Sequence record: NZ_CP019209.1
Origin: a plasmid
Direction: 5' to 3' (one strand)
DNA length: 64,000 bases
Part shown: in pieces, positions 55,603 to 64,000 of the stretch
How the letters are laid out: every line of letters begins with the position of its first letter
Position numbering within the stretch: the first letter of the stretch is position 1
Program-made: the position numbers and the translations under genes
The notes under the pieces: generated by a model
Told to the model about the DNA's origin: nothing
Databases searched by the model: none
What the model saw: only the letters and a program-made list of their open reading frames with translations

Positions 55603-56460
55603 TTACTCCACCTCCGCATACCAATTCTCGTGTTCTTCCAATTCTTTCAAAATACTGATAAATAATTCGTGGCTTTTGCGATCCCATTGTTTTAAGAGAC
55701 CTTTCTTTGTCTTCTCCATCGTAATACCTGATCCGTCGTATCGTTTTAAGCGCGCATTTTTGAGTACAACATTTTTAATCAAATGTTCCCCATAAATCTC
55801 TTGGGCTTGTTTATACATTTCCTGATCTACTGCGTCACCGCTTTCCAACATGAAAGGAATAACACCAGCAACATATAAATTTGTATCAAATTCTTTCACA
55901 AAAAAGTCCATATACTCAAGATATTGCATCGCATTTCTCATCGATTTTACTTGGGTCTGTAAGACGACGATTGCCCAATCCGCAATGTACATCGCGGATT
56001 TACTATATACAGAAATAGAAGGTGGGACATCTAAATAGATGACGTCAAACTCATCAAATAATGGTTCTAGCTTTTCTTTCATATATTTGAATTGGGATAA
56101 TGAATCATTATATTGGTCTTTGATCCAATCATCATACATTTCAAAGGACATGTCTGCTGGAAGTATATAGAGGTTATTGATTACTTTATAGACAGCCTCT
56201 TTAGGTGGAAGATTGTTTATCAACACGTCAGTCACAGTATTTTCGTAAACAATCGGTTCACCTTCTCCGCCTCCTTCTTCGTTAGTGAAGTTCATATGCG
56301 TTAAGTTCATCACATCAGAAGTATTTCCTTGCATATCCAAGTCAATTATCAAGGTTCTTTTTCCTTCATTAACTGCTGATTCAAACCCTAACATTTGCGC
56401 GCACGTACTTTTACCTACGCCACCTTTAAAATTACCGATTACATATTTCTTCGCTACCAC
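55603..56460 (-). CDS. parA: ParA/Soj-family partition ATPase (285 aa)
   Basis: Deviant Walker A KGGVGKST and ParA motifs. Confidence 0.85.
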   Translation of the reverse strand: MVAKKYVIGNFKGGVGKSTCAQMLGFESAVNEGKRTLIIDLDMQGNTSDVMNLTHMNFTNEEGGGEGEPIVYENTVTDVLINNLPPKEAVYKVINNLYILPADMSFEMYDDWIKDQYNDSLSQFKYMKEKLEPLFDEFDVIYLDVPPSISVYSKSAMYIADWAIVVLQTQVKSMRNAMQYLEYMDFFVKEFDTNLYVAGVIPFMLESGDAVDQEMYKQAQEIYGEHLIKNVVLKNARLKRYDGSGITMEKTKKGLLKQWDRKSHELFISILKELEEHENWYAEVE

Positions 56461-56514
56461 GTTCCTACCTCTTTTCTTTTAGCAATATTCATTTGATACT
56501 ATTATAACATATTT

Positions 56515-56590
56515 ATTTTTAGTTACTACCAAAAAAAAGATATATATGTACTACCTTATAATTAATAAGTAAAAGGTAGTACATAAATAA
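56515..56590. promoter_or_regulatory. Centromere/operator-like repeats upstream of parA (AGTTACTACC; inverted repeat ATGTACTACCTT-N16-AAGGTAGTACAT)
   Basis: 12-bp perfect inverted repeat at 56546-56583 plus an extra GTAACTACC-type copy at 56521. Confidence 0.55.
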
Positions 56591-56702
56591 GGAAAAGCTG
56601 AAATATATTGATTTATAGCTTTCCTCAAAGTAATGACGTTATTTAATTTATCGAGAAGCAGAGAATACTCGCGACTTTAGTCATGTAGACGAATCAGATT
56701 TT

Positions 56703-56727
56703 CGATAAAAAAGAAGCCGTCCTTCTT
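56703..56727 (-). terminator. Rho-independent terminator downstream of the RelE gene
   Basis: AAGAAG-ccgtc-CTTCTT followed on the minus strand by TTTTTT. Confidence 0.55.
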
Positions 56728-56745
56728 AAGAACGACAACAAATCA

Positions 56746-57032
56746 CTAGATTAATTTTTTCAACTGTTCATAAAAGTTTTCATGCGTTCCACATAACAAT
56801 ACTGGAATAACCTTGTTTTCTATAATCTCGTAAGCTACTCTATATGTTGTGCCCGCATATTTGAACCCACTAGACCAAATACCTGATAAATCCCCAGTTT
56901 TTTGTTCACCCTTATATGGATCAATCGCAATTTCATCATAAATTAAATTCAAAAATTTTTCTTTCAATGGCTTCTCTTTTAGCTTTTTAAATACTTAATG
57001 ACATGTTTTGAAGGAACGATTTCATAAGCCAA
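56746..57032 (-). pseudogene. RelE/StbE-family toxin gene disrupted by a 1-nt frameshift in a homopolymer (T5 at 56985-56989)
   Basis: Frame B encodes (L)AYEIVPSKHVIKYLKS*. The body is the 73-aa ORF ...GDLSGIWSSGFKYAGTTYRVAYEIIENKVIPVLLCGTHE. Adding one A restores a ~92-aa RelE collinear with E. coli RelE. Confidence 0.6.
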
Positions 57033-57351
57033 TTTCTGTTGCCAACTCCTCTTTAGTCATTACTTTAGAATTAGTAAGTGTATCTTCAGCAATATCTCTA
57101 AAGGAAGAATGCATTTTGTTTTTTCTATTCTTAAATTCTACAAGAATCTCATCTTTATCGTAGCCTTCTGCAATTATATCAGACAAAATATCTTCGCTAA
57201 AATCATAAAATTCTTTTTGTGGTTCAACAAATTCATAAAGAATACCATTCTCTACCAACTTTGCTTCAACTTCGACTCCATTAGGAACATTAAAATCTTT
57301 AGGTACTGTCAACATGATTGAATTGCCTTGTTTTCTTGTTTTTGTAATCAT
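57022..57351 (-). CDS. AbrB/MazE-fold antitoxin (109 aa)
   Basis: N-terminal swapped-hairpin motif ITKTRKQGNSIMLTVPKDF; overlaps the toxin's 5' end. Confidence 0.55.
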   Translation of the reverse strand: MITKTRKQGNSIMLTVPKDFNVPNGVEVEAKLVENGILYEFVEPQKEFYDFSEDILSDIIAEGYDKDEILVEFKNRKNKMHSSFRDIAEDTLTNSKVMTKEELATEIGL

Positions 57352-57427
57352 TTAAATCCCTCATTTCTAACAGTATGTAATTACTTAGTAAATACATTAT
57401 ACCACGAGATAATGTATTTACAAGTAA

Positions 57428-57700
57428 TTACTGTGACTCGTAATGCGTCCTTGCTGAATAAATTTCAACCACGTGTTCATCTTCATCTACCTTATAAACA
57501 ACCCGGTGTTGTCTATTCAATCTTCTAGAATACCTACCTTCATGTGTAGGTTTTAACTTCTCAAATGATTGGGTAGGGAGATAGGGATCTTCCTTTAAAG
57601 TCTGAATAACCTTCTCAAATTGAGGTTTCAAATTAGACTGTTTGATTTTCTTTAAATCAGCTTTAGCCGAGTTTTTAATCATCACAGAATAGTTATTCAT
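57428..57700 (-). CDS. YoeB/Txe-family toxin (90 aa)
   Basis: PTHEGRYSRRLNRQHRVVYKVDEDEHVVEIYSARTHY matches the YoeB/Txe C-terminal catalytic region. Confidence 0.7.
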   Translation of the reverse strand: MNNYSVMIKNSAKADLKKIKQSNLKPQFEKVIQTLKEDPYLPTQSFEKLKPTHEGRYSRRLNRQHRVVYKVDEDEHVVEIYSARTHYESQ

Positions 57701-57963
57701 TATAAGTTATCCCAATCAATTTCATCAACATTAGTAAATCCACTATCATCTTTTTCTCGCTTACGAACAACACCCAAAGTGCCTATTTGCTCAAGTAATA
57801 GCGTTTCTTTGATTGCTTTCCAATCATCCAAACCAATAAGCACCGCATTATTTTCACTGCGCTCACTAATGATTTCAATTTCCGTATGATTCTCATTTAC
57901 ATCTTTCAACAACTTATAAAAATTTTTCCGTGCTGAGCTAGGATTTAAGACTGTTTTTGCCAT
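57700..57963 (-). CDS. Phd/YefM/Axe-family antitoxin (87 aa)
   Basis: MAKTVLNPSSARKNFYKLLKDVNENHTEIEIISERSENNAVLIGLDDWKAIKETL; 1-nt overlap with the toxin. Confidence 0.7.
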   Translation of the reverse strand: MAKTVLNPSSARKNFYKLLKDVNENHTEIEIISERSENNAVLIGLDDWKAIKETLLLEQIGTLGVVRKREKDDSGFTNVDEIDWDNL

Positions 57964-57997
57964 ATCTACTCCCCCTCTAATTTATATCTCCATTCTA

Positions 57998-58017
57998 ACG
58001 TACTTAATTAAGTACGT
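57998..58017. promoter_or_regulatory. 20-bp perfect palindrome ACGTACTTAATTAAGTACGT, a likely operator of the axe/txe-like operon
   Basis: Located 35 nt upstream of the antitoxin start codon. Confidence 0.5.
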
Positions 58018-58085
58018 AAATTCGATTGTTTTGTTTAAATTGGAGTACCAAAACAGCATTGTAAAGTGTTATCCGTTTCCTTTAT

Positions 58086-59125
58086 ACCCGTGGTGCTAGT
58101 TAATTTTTTCCTAGAGGAAAATGTCTAAACATGTTGGTAAATCAACAAAAAAACGCATAGAGTAGTCTCAAAACTCCCAAGAAATGAGGACTACATATGC
58201 GTTCATCAAAATATACTGAACATTATACAGATACTTTTATAACATTCAAGGAAATTATGAGAACTGTTTCTAACATATACCACAATTGTGTACCAGATAA
58301 GATTAAAAACCGAAGAAATACTGATCAACTGAAGTAACGCGATACAGTGATTATTGCTTGTGTTATATGGGGCATAATTAATGGCTATACTAGCCAAAGA
58401 GCCACGTATAGAGCGGTTTGTTCCGTCTTATTTCCTAATGGTGACTTTCCTAGTAGGAGTCGATTCACTCGCTTAAGTTCAAACTTAGCTTACACTATCA
58501 AGATTATTCGATACTTTTTCATCAAGAAGCTCACCAAAGGTGAACTAGTCGGAATTATAGATAGTTTTCCTAGTCCATTATGTAAACCAGTTAGAAATAG
58601 ACAAGCAAAACTATTGAATCAAATAGCCAAAGTTGGCTATAACTCAACAAAAAAATCTTATTTTTATGGTCTTAAAATTCATATGATCGTTACTAAGACT
58701 GGCTTTCCGATTACTTACTCAATCACGAATCCAGGTGTCCATGACGTGAAAGTGTTAGAGACTTTATCGGAAGAAGCGAATCTTCCCAATATCCTAGGGG
58801 ACAAAGGATATATTAGCCATAAAATCCATGAAAAGCTTGCCCTTATGGGCATTACTATATCCGTTCCGCCACGTAAAAACATGGATAAATCAGAAAAACT
58901 AGACCACAGCTTACTTGGAAAACAAAGAAAAACAGTTGAGACTGTTTTTTCTTCCTTAGAAAAATTAGGTTGTCAAAATTTCAACTCACGTTCTGTTAAA
59001 GGGCTAGAGAGTAGATTTGAAAGCATATTACTGGCTTACAGTGTTCTATTAAGTCGAGCACAACGACGTTTTGAAGGAACTTTGAGATATTCTTTAGGAT
59101 ATTAAAATTAACTAGCACCACGGGT
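58086..59125 (+). mobile_element. IS982-family IS, copy 1 (1040 bp); its transposase carries an in-frame TAA
   Basis: 18-bp IRs ACCCGTGGTGCTAGTTAA at both ends. The tnp frame 58257..59105 is interrupted by TAA at 58335-58337. Confidence 0.8.
58257..59105 (+). pseudogene. IS982-family transposase with a premature in-frame stop after codon 26
   Basis: MRTVSNIYHNCVPDKIKNRRNTDQLK-TAA-RDTVIIACVIWG..., then an intact DDE region. The track ORF starts at GTG 58347. Confidence 0.65.
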
Positions 59126-60283
59126 TACTCTAGTATTTTTTTTATTTGTCGCAAAAAATGTTACAAATAGGATCACAATAAATATTCCTGCGAATACAAA
59201 AAATGGAGCAGTCAAATTTGTACTTCTTGTTAGAAATTGTGCTAATTGCATAGCAATAGGAGCTATAAAATTACCAATATTACAGCCAATAAAAATCAAT
59301 GAAGTAGCAAAATTAATTGTATTCTTTGTAGTGACTTTATCTAAGTTACTAAAGATAAATGGGAAGCACCATGATCCTGTTATACTTGATAAAAATAAAC
59401 CCGTTAGCAGGAACGTCATATTACCGTTTGACACAGCAATTAACAAATTTGAAATTATAAAGAATATAATTCCCAAGTATAGGGTTCCTTTTCCTATCCA
59501 CTTATTTATTGGTCCAAACATAAATCCTGCTAGTATTCCTAAGATAGGCATTAGAGCTAAATAGTTACTAGCATTAAAGTTTACCCCTTTAATTTCAGTT
59601 GCAATTGATGCAAATCGTACAGAAATAGCAATACTATTCATTACGAGTAAGATTGCAAATAGAACTAGGGCAAAAACCATTGGATTCATCTTTTCTTTTA
59701 CATGATTTTCAGGTATGTCACTATTTTCATCTCTAATTTCAGGAACTTTTAGCGCGAATAAGAGAGCTACAGGAAACGCAATTGCATAGACTAAAAACGA
59801 AGCCGTCCAATTAATGTTCACTAAAACTCCAGCAAGAAAAATAAGGATTGTCTGACCTAAAGCTTCCATTGAATTTCTAATACCTAATAGCGTTGCTCTA
59901 GTATTGCCAGAGTATAAAGAGCTGATATATGTCACAGCCAATGAATTATATACTCCTAAACCGGCACCTAATATTACTCGACTAATAAGAACGGTTTGGA
60001 AGGTAGCTGTAAATACTGGAATAATTCCTCCTATACCAGCTAATAATAAACCTAAAATTATTGTCTTTTTCATTCCTATTCTTTTGGCAAAGTAACTAGA
60101 TAATAAGATAAACAAAATAACAGTTATACTTGGTGCAGTTCCTAAAAGTTCACTTTGACTTTGTGATATCCCCAAAGACTGTTTCATTTGTGGAATAACA
60201 CCATTAATTGCTTGAGAGCTTGTTAACATTAGTGAAATACTTAAGATTGCTCCTTTTTGAAGTAAGCTTTTTTGGTTATTCAT
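59108..60283 (-). CDS. MFS transporter (~391 aa from MNNQKS); its 3' end overlaps the IS982 IR
   Basis: ~12 predicted TM. The last 6 codons plus the stop (VTRGAS*) are encoded by the IS982 inverted repeat. Confidence 0.7.
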   Translation of the reverse strand: MNNQKSLLQKGAILSISLMLTSSQAINGVIPQMKQSLGISQSQSELLGTAPSITVILFILLSSYFAKRIGMKKTIILGLLLAGIGGIIPVFTATFQTVLISRVILGAGLGVYNSLAVTYISSLYSGNTRATLLGIRNSMEALGQTILIFLAGVLVNINWTASFLVYAIAFPVALLFALKVPEIRDENSDIPENHVKEKMNPMVFALVLFAILLVMNSIAISVRFASIATEIKGVNFNASNYLALMPILGILAGFMFGPINKWIGKGTLYLGIIFFIISNLLIAVSNGNMTFLLTGLFLSSITGSWCFPFIFSNLDKVTTKNTINFATSLIFIGCNIGNFIAPIAMQLAQFLTRSTNLTAPFFVFAGIFIVILFVTFFATNKKNTRVTRGAS

Positions 60284-60285
60284 CT

Positions 60286-62535
60286 CTACTTTTCCTCCTG
60301 TGTTATAACCCAAATCTTGGAATCAAAATCAAATGTTTCTGGGCGTCGATTCTGATCATTTATTTGTCCACTAGATGCATCTGAACAGACTAGTCCTGCT
60401 CTCATCAATTCCATTCCAGATCGCAAACTATTTTGTCCTACATTATAAAGTCCGTCATTATCTAACCCTTTTAATTTCAGTCGGCGGTAAGGAGCATTTA
60501 CCTCATTTAATGTTTTATAATGAGCAACAATAGCCGTTTTCTTATCATGACTAACAACCATCCACGCGGTTTGATTATCATCATCGAATGGTGATAATAG
60601 TCTATAAAAAGTACCATTATGAATTATGGTTCTATATTTTTTATAAAAGGCAATTTGTTCTTTTACAATCCTCAAATCGCCTTCACTTAATTCATTTAAG
60701 TCAAGCTCATATCCAAATGCACCAAAAAAAGCTACATTTCCTCTAGTTTTTATAGGTGTTATACGGTTTGTTTGATGATTTGGAACAATTGATACATGAG
60801 CACCAATAGACGAAAGAGGATACAGCATACTAGTTCCATATTGAATTTTTAACCTTTCAATTGCATCTGAATCATCACTAGCCCAAGCTTGAGGTGCATA
60901 GTGAAGCATTCCAGGATCAAAGCGCCCACCACCTGATGAACAAGACTCAAATAGTATGTTAGGATATTTTGTTATAAGTTTTTCATATAAGCGATATACG
61001 CCTAGTACATATCTGTGGAATACTTCTCCTTGTTGATCTGCTGACAAGTGACTGTCAAATACATCAGTCAATGGACGATTCATATCCCACTTAATGTAAT
61101 CTAAGTTTGATTCATCAATGATTTTACACATTTGATCGAAAATATTTTCAACAACCTCATCTAACCCAAAATTTAATACATATTGGTTCCTACCATGATT
61201 AGGTTTTCGATTAGGTGTAGAAATAATCCAATTCGGATGTGTGCGATATAACTCACTATCCTTATTCACCATTTCAGGTTCAAACCATAAACCAAATTTC
61301 ATACCAAAACTACGAATTTTTTCTGAAAGGCTGCCGATTCCTCTAGGTAGTCTTTTAGGATTTACATGCCAATCTCCTAATCCTGCACAATCGTTTTCTC
61401 TTTCTCCAAACCAGCCATCATCTAATACAAATAATTCAATACCAACATCAAATGCTTTTTTAGCAATATTTACCAACTTTTCTTCGTCAAAATCAAAATA
61501 TGTTGCTTCCCAATTATTAATTAAGACAGGACGGTCTTTTTCTCGCCACTTACCACGAGCTAAGCGTTTTCTAAATAGTTGATGAAAAGTTTGACTCATG
61601 GCATTTAAACCCTTACTTGAATAAACCAGAATCGCTTCTGGTGCTGTAAATATTTCTCCTGGATTGAGTTTCCAATTAAATCCAAATGGATTGATGCCAA
61701 CTTGTAGTCTAGTAACATCCCATGTATCTACTTCTGCTTGAATTAAGAAGTTTCCTGAGTAAACTAGTGCTGCACCAATAGCTTCTCCTTGATTTTCATC
61801 AGTATTTTTTCTTTTTAAAGTAACAAATGGGTTATGCTGATGGCTTGAAATACCTCGAGTAGATTCGATTGATTGAATTCCTTGTTGTAAAGTACGCGAC
61901 TTAATAGTTCTTTCTCTACCCCAAGCACCAGATAATTGTTGCCATTCATAATTTGCATCGGGTAAATCCAATGATAAACTGCTAATATTCTCGATTATTT
62001 GAATATCTTTTCCTTTATTCATAACTCGCGCGCTACGAGTAATAACAGGATAATCTCTATAAATTGTATATAATAATTCTACTTGAACATTTGTAACTGA
62101 ATCTAAAATATAAACTTTCAATGTTTTGCTTTCATCATTATTATCAACATAGGTAGCAGGTAAACCTTCTAGTTTAGGTTTTCCTTCTTCCACTTCGTAC
62201 CCTTGATAGACAAAATCTGATAAGCGAGAGCCATTTTTCTGTAGTAATGAAATAGCAGGATGTCTAAAATCTGTTGTACCATATTCAGGAAATTCTTGTT
62301 TTAAGTGCTCTAACGAATATAGCAAATCGTTTTCATTTCTATAGGTTGTCATAGGCCGATGATGCATCTCAATTAGATGACTATAGTCATTATCTGGTAA
62401 GTTCTCACCATAATATAAATGCAATAATTTACCATCTTCCGATATCTTAAAAATGTAACTTATCTCCTGATTAAACAAATGAAATTGTTGGTTTTCTGAT
62501 CGATAAATAATATTCATTTCATTATCCTTATACAT
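60286..62535 (-). CDS. GH36 alpha-galactosidase (749-aa ORF)
   Basis: GH36 motifs KWDMNR, the CSSGGGR nucleophile region, and YGLWFEPEMV. Confidence 0.85.
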   Translation of the reverse strand: MYKDNEMNIIYRSENQQFHLFNQEISYIFKISEDGKLLHLYYGENLPDNDYSHLIEMHHRPMTTYRNENDLLYSLEHLKQEFPEYGTTDFRHPAISLLQKNGSRLSDFVYQGYEVEEGKPKLEGLPATYVDNNDESKTLKVYILDSVTNVQVELLYTIYRDYPVITRSARVMNKGKDIQIIENISSLSLDLPDANYEWQQLSGAWGRERTIKSRTLQQGIQSIESTRGISSHQHNPFVTLKRKNTDENQGEAIGAALVYSGNFLIQAEVDTWDVTRLQVGINPFGFNWKLNPGEIFTAPEAILVYSSKGLNAMSQTFHQLFRKRLARGKWREKDRPVLINNWEATYFDFDEEKLVNIAKKAFDVGIELFVLDDGWFGERENDCAGLGDWHVNPKRLPRGIGSLSEKIRSFGMKFGLWFEPEMVNKDSELYRTHPNWIISTPNRKPNHGRNQYVLNFGLDEVVENIFDQMCKIIDESNLDYIKWDMNRPLTDVFDSHLSADQQGEVFHRYVLGVYRLYEKLITKYPNILFESCSSGGGRFDPGMLHYAPQAWASDDSDAIERLKIQYGTSMLYPLSSIGAHVSIVPNHQTNRITPIKTRGNVAFFGAFGYELDLNELSEGDLRIVKEQIAFYKKYRTIIHNGTFYRLLSPFDDDNQTAWMVVSHDKKTAIVAHYKTLNEVNAPYRRLKLKGLDNDGLYNVGQNSLRSGMELMRAGLVCSDASSGQINDQNRRPETFDFDSKIWVITQEEK

Positions 62536-62631
62536 AAGCTCTCCTCCGTTTCTTTATTGCATTATAAAAAACGCTCACATAAATAGTAAGCGTTTAAAGT
62601 AACGAATATTTATCAAAATCAAATGTTTAGT

Positions 62632-63492
62632 TTATTCACCATTAATGATTCCTAGACCTAATCTACGTTTTCGATATACTCCCGGTGAAACACCATTTGC
62701 TTTCTTAAAGGCTTTAGAAAAAGATTGTACTGTTGAGAATCCTATCTTGTCACTGATTTGCTGGATTGAATATTCAGTTGATGATAACAGATCGTTTGCA
62801 ATAGAAATTTTGATTTCACTAATATACTCTTTTATTGATATTCCCATATCATTCTTAAACAATCGTGATAAATAATTTTCGTGTATCGATAGACTGACAG
62901 CAATATCTTTAACAGATAATTTTTGATACGCATTCTCACGTATTATTTCAATTGTTTGACGAACAAAAGGATTCATCTTTTTAGTAATTATCCCTTCGTT
63001 CAGATAACTAGCTGAATTTAAGAGGAGTTCTAAAAATTTATAAACTTGTTTTTGTCTGGACAATTCACTGACTAGATTGTCCTGATCATACGATAAAGTT
63101 TCAAAAATTAATCCTTTAAATGAATTTAAATTTTCGACTTTAAAGGTAAGATGATTCTTTCCAACACCAATTTCTTTTAGATAGTATTCTACAAGATTGC
63201 CACTTAAACCCAACCATACATATGACCACGGATTTTTTTCATCTGCTTGATAAAAAGTAGATACTCCTGGTGGGATAACAAATCCTTGGCCTTTCTTCAG
63301 AAAATATTTTTGATCATTAATTGAATAATAGCCTTCACCTTCTAGCACTATGTGTATTAAGTATTGTTCTCGAATAGCTGGTCCAAAACTATGTCTAGGT
63401 TCTGTTTTTGAATACCCACAAAAATTAAAGTAACAATCTTTCAGCTGAGTGTTAGGTTCTGTTACTAAATATATAGAATTTTCCATATCCAC
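62632..63492 (-). CDS. AraC-family transcriptional regulator (286 aa), MsmR/RafR-like
   Basis: N-terminal cupin-like sugar-binding domain and C-terminal double HTH (AraC signature region). Confidence 0.85.
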   Translation of the reverse strand: MDMENSIYLVTEPNTQLKDCYFNFCGYSKTEPRHSFGPAIREQYLIHIVLEGEGYYSINDQKYFLKKGQGFVIPPGVSTFYQADEKNPWSYVWLGLSGNLVEYYLKEIGVGKNHLTFKVENLNSFKGLIFETLSYDQDNLVSELSRQKQVYKFLELLLNSASYLNEGIITKKMNPFVRQTIEIIRENAYQKLSVKDIAVSLSIHENYLSRLFKNDMGISIKEYISEIKISIANDLLSSTEYSIQQISDKIGFSTVQSFSKAFKKANGVSPGVYRKRRLGLGIINGE

Positions 63493-63547
63493 CCTCCTAT
63501 GTTAGATTTGGATAATTTTTGTTTTATTATGTTTATATTATTACATA

Positions 63548-64000
63548 ACCCGTGGTGCTAGTTAATTTTAATATCCTAAAGAATATCTCAAAGTTCCTTC
63601 AAAACGTCGTTGTGCTCGACTTAATAGAACACTGTAAGCCAGTAATATGCTTTCAAATCTACTCTCTAGCCCTTTAACAGAACGTGAGTTGAAATTTTGA
63701 CAACCTAATTTTTCTAAGGAAGAAAAAACAGTCTCAACTGTTTTTCTTTGTTTTCCAAGTAAGCTGTGGTCTAGTTTTTCTGATTTATCCATGTTTTTAC
63801 GTGGCGGAACGGATATAGTAATGCCCTTAAGGGCAAGCTTTTCATGGATTTTATGGCTAATATATCCTTTGTCCCCTAGGATATTGGGAAGATTCGCTTC
63901 TTCCGATAAAGTCTCTAACACTTTCACGTCATGGACACCTGGATTCGTGATTGAGTAAGTAATCGGAAAGCCAGTCTTAGTAACGATCATATGAATTTTA
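63548..64000 (-). mobile_element. IS982-family IS, copy 2 (partial, runs off the window), inverted relative to copy 1
   Basis: IR ACCCGTGGTGCTAGTTAA at 63548. The 140-aa C-terminal Tnp fragment is nearly identical to copy 1 (K/M difference). Confidence 0.8.

Overview
The window reads as a mosaic accessory region of an Enterococcus-type megaplasmid. The best match is the E. faecium pLG1/pHylEfm hyl region, though I could not run a search to confirm this. Insertion sequences fragment it heavily: at least 14 IS copies or fragments are present (three IS1216/IS6, one second IS6-type, two IS1251-like ISL3, two copies of a second ISL3 type, IS66, IS1182 nested in IS256, two IS3, two IS982). Cargo modules: (1) two opposed serine recombinases bracketing a stand-alone BRCT-domain protein and a small Cys4 zinc-ribbon ORF; (2) a 783-aa protein with peptidoglycan-binding repeats and a glycosidase-like domain, no signal peptide, followed by a small membrane protein, which looks like a bacteriolysin/immunity pair; (3) an extremely AT-rich two-component system, and 34 kb away an equally AT-rich LolCDE-like FtsX ABC triplet; (4) an ~18.7 kb segment bracketed by inverted ISL3 copies carrying guaA (5' end fused to the IS terminus), an IS66 element with a clean 8-bp TSD, and the hylEfm-type host-glycan locus (GH84 + GH2 + GH20, Lpl-type ABC transporter, YesL, YesMN); (5) a DinJ-MazF TA pair; (6) a Ugp-like glycerophosphodiester uptake operon whose GDPD gene carries a single in-frame TAA; (7) a parA/parB-like partition cassette with GTAACTACC-type palindromes on both sides; (8) a RelE module inactivated by a homopolymer frameshift next to an intact Axe/Txe-like pair; (9) an IS982-bracketed alpha-galactoside module (MFS, GH36, AraC). 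No CRISPR, tRNA or rRNA was found. All calls rest on reading the sequence and the supplied translations.
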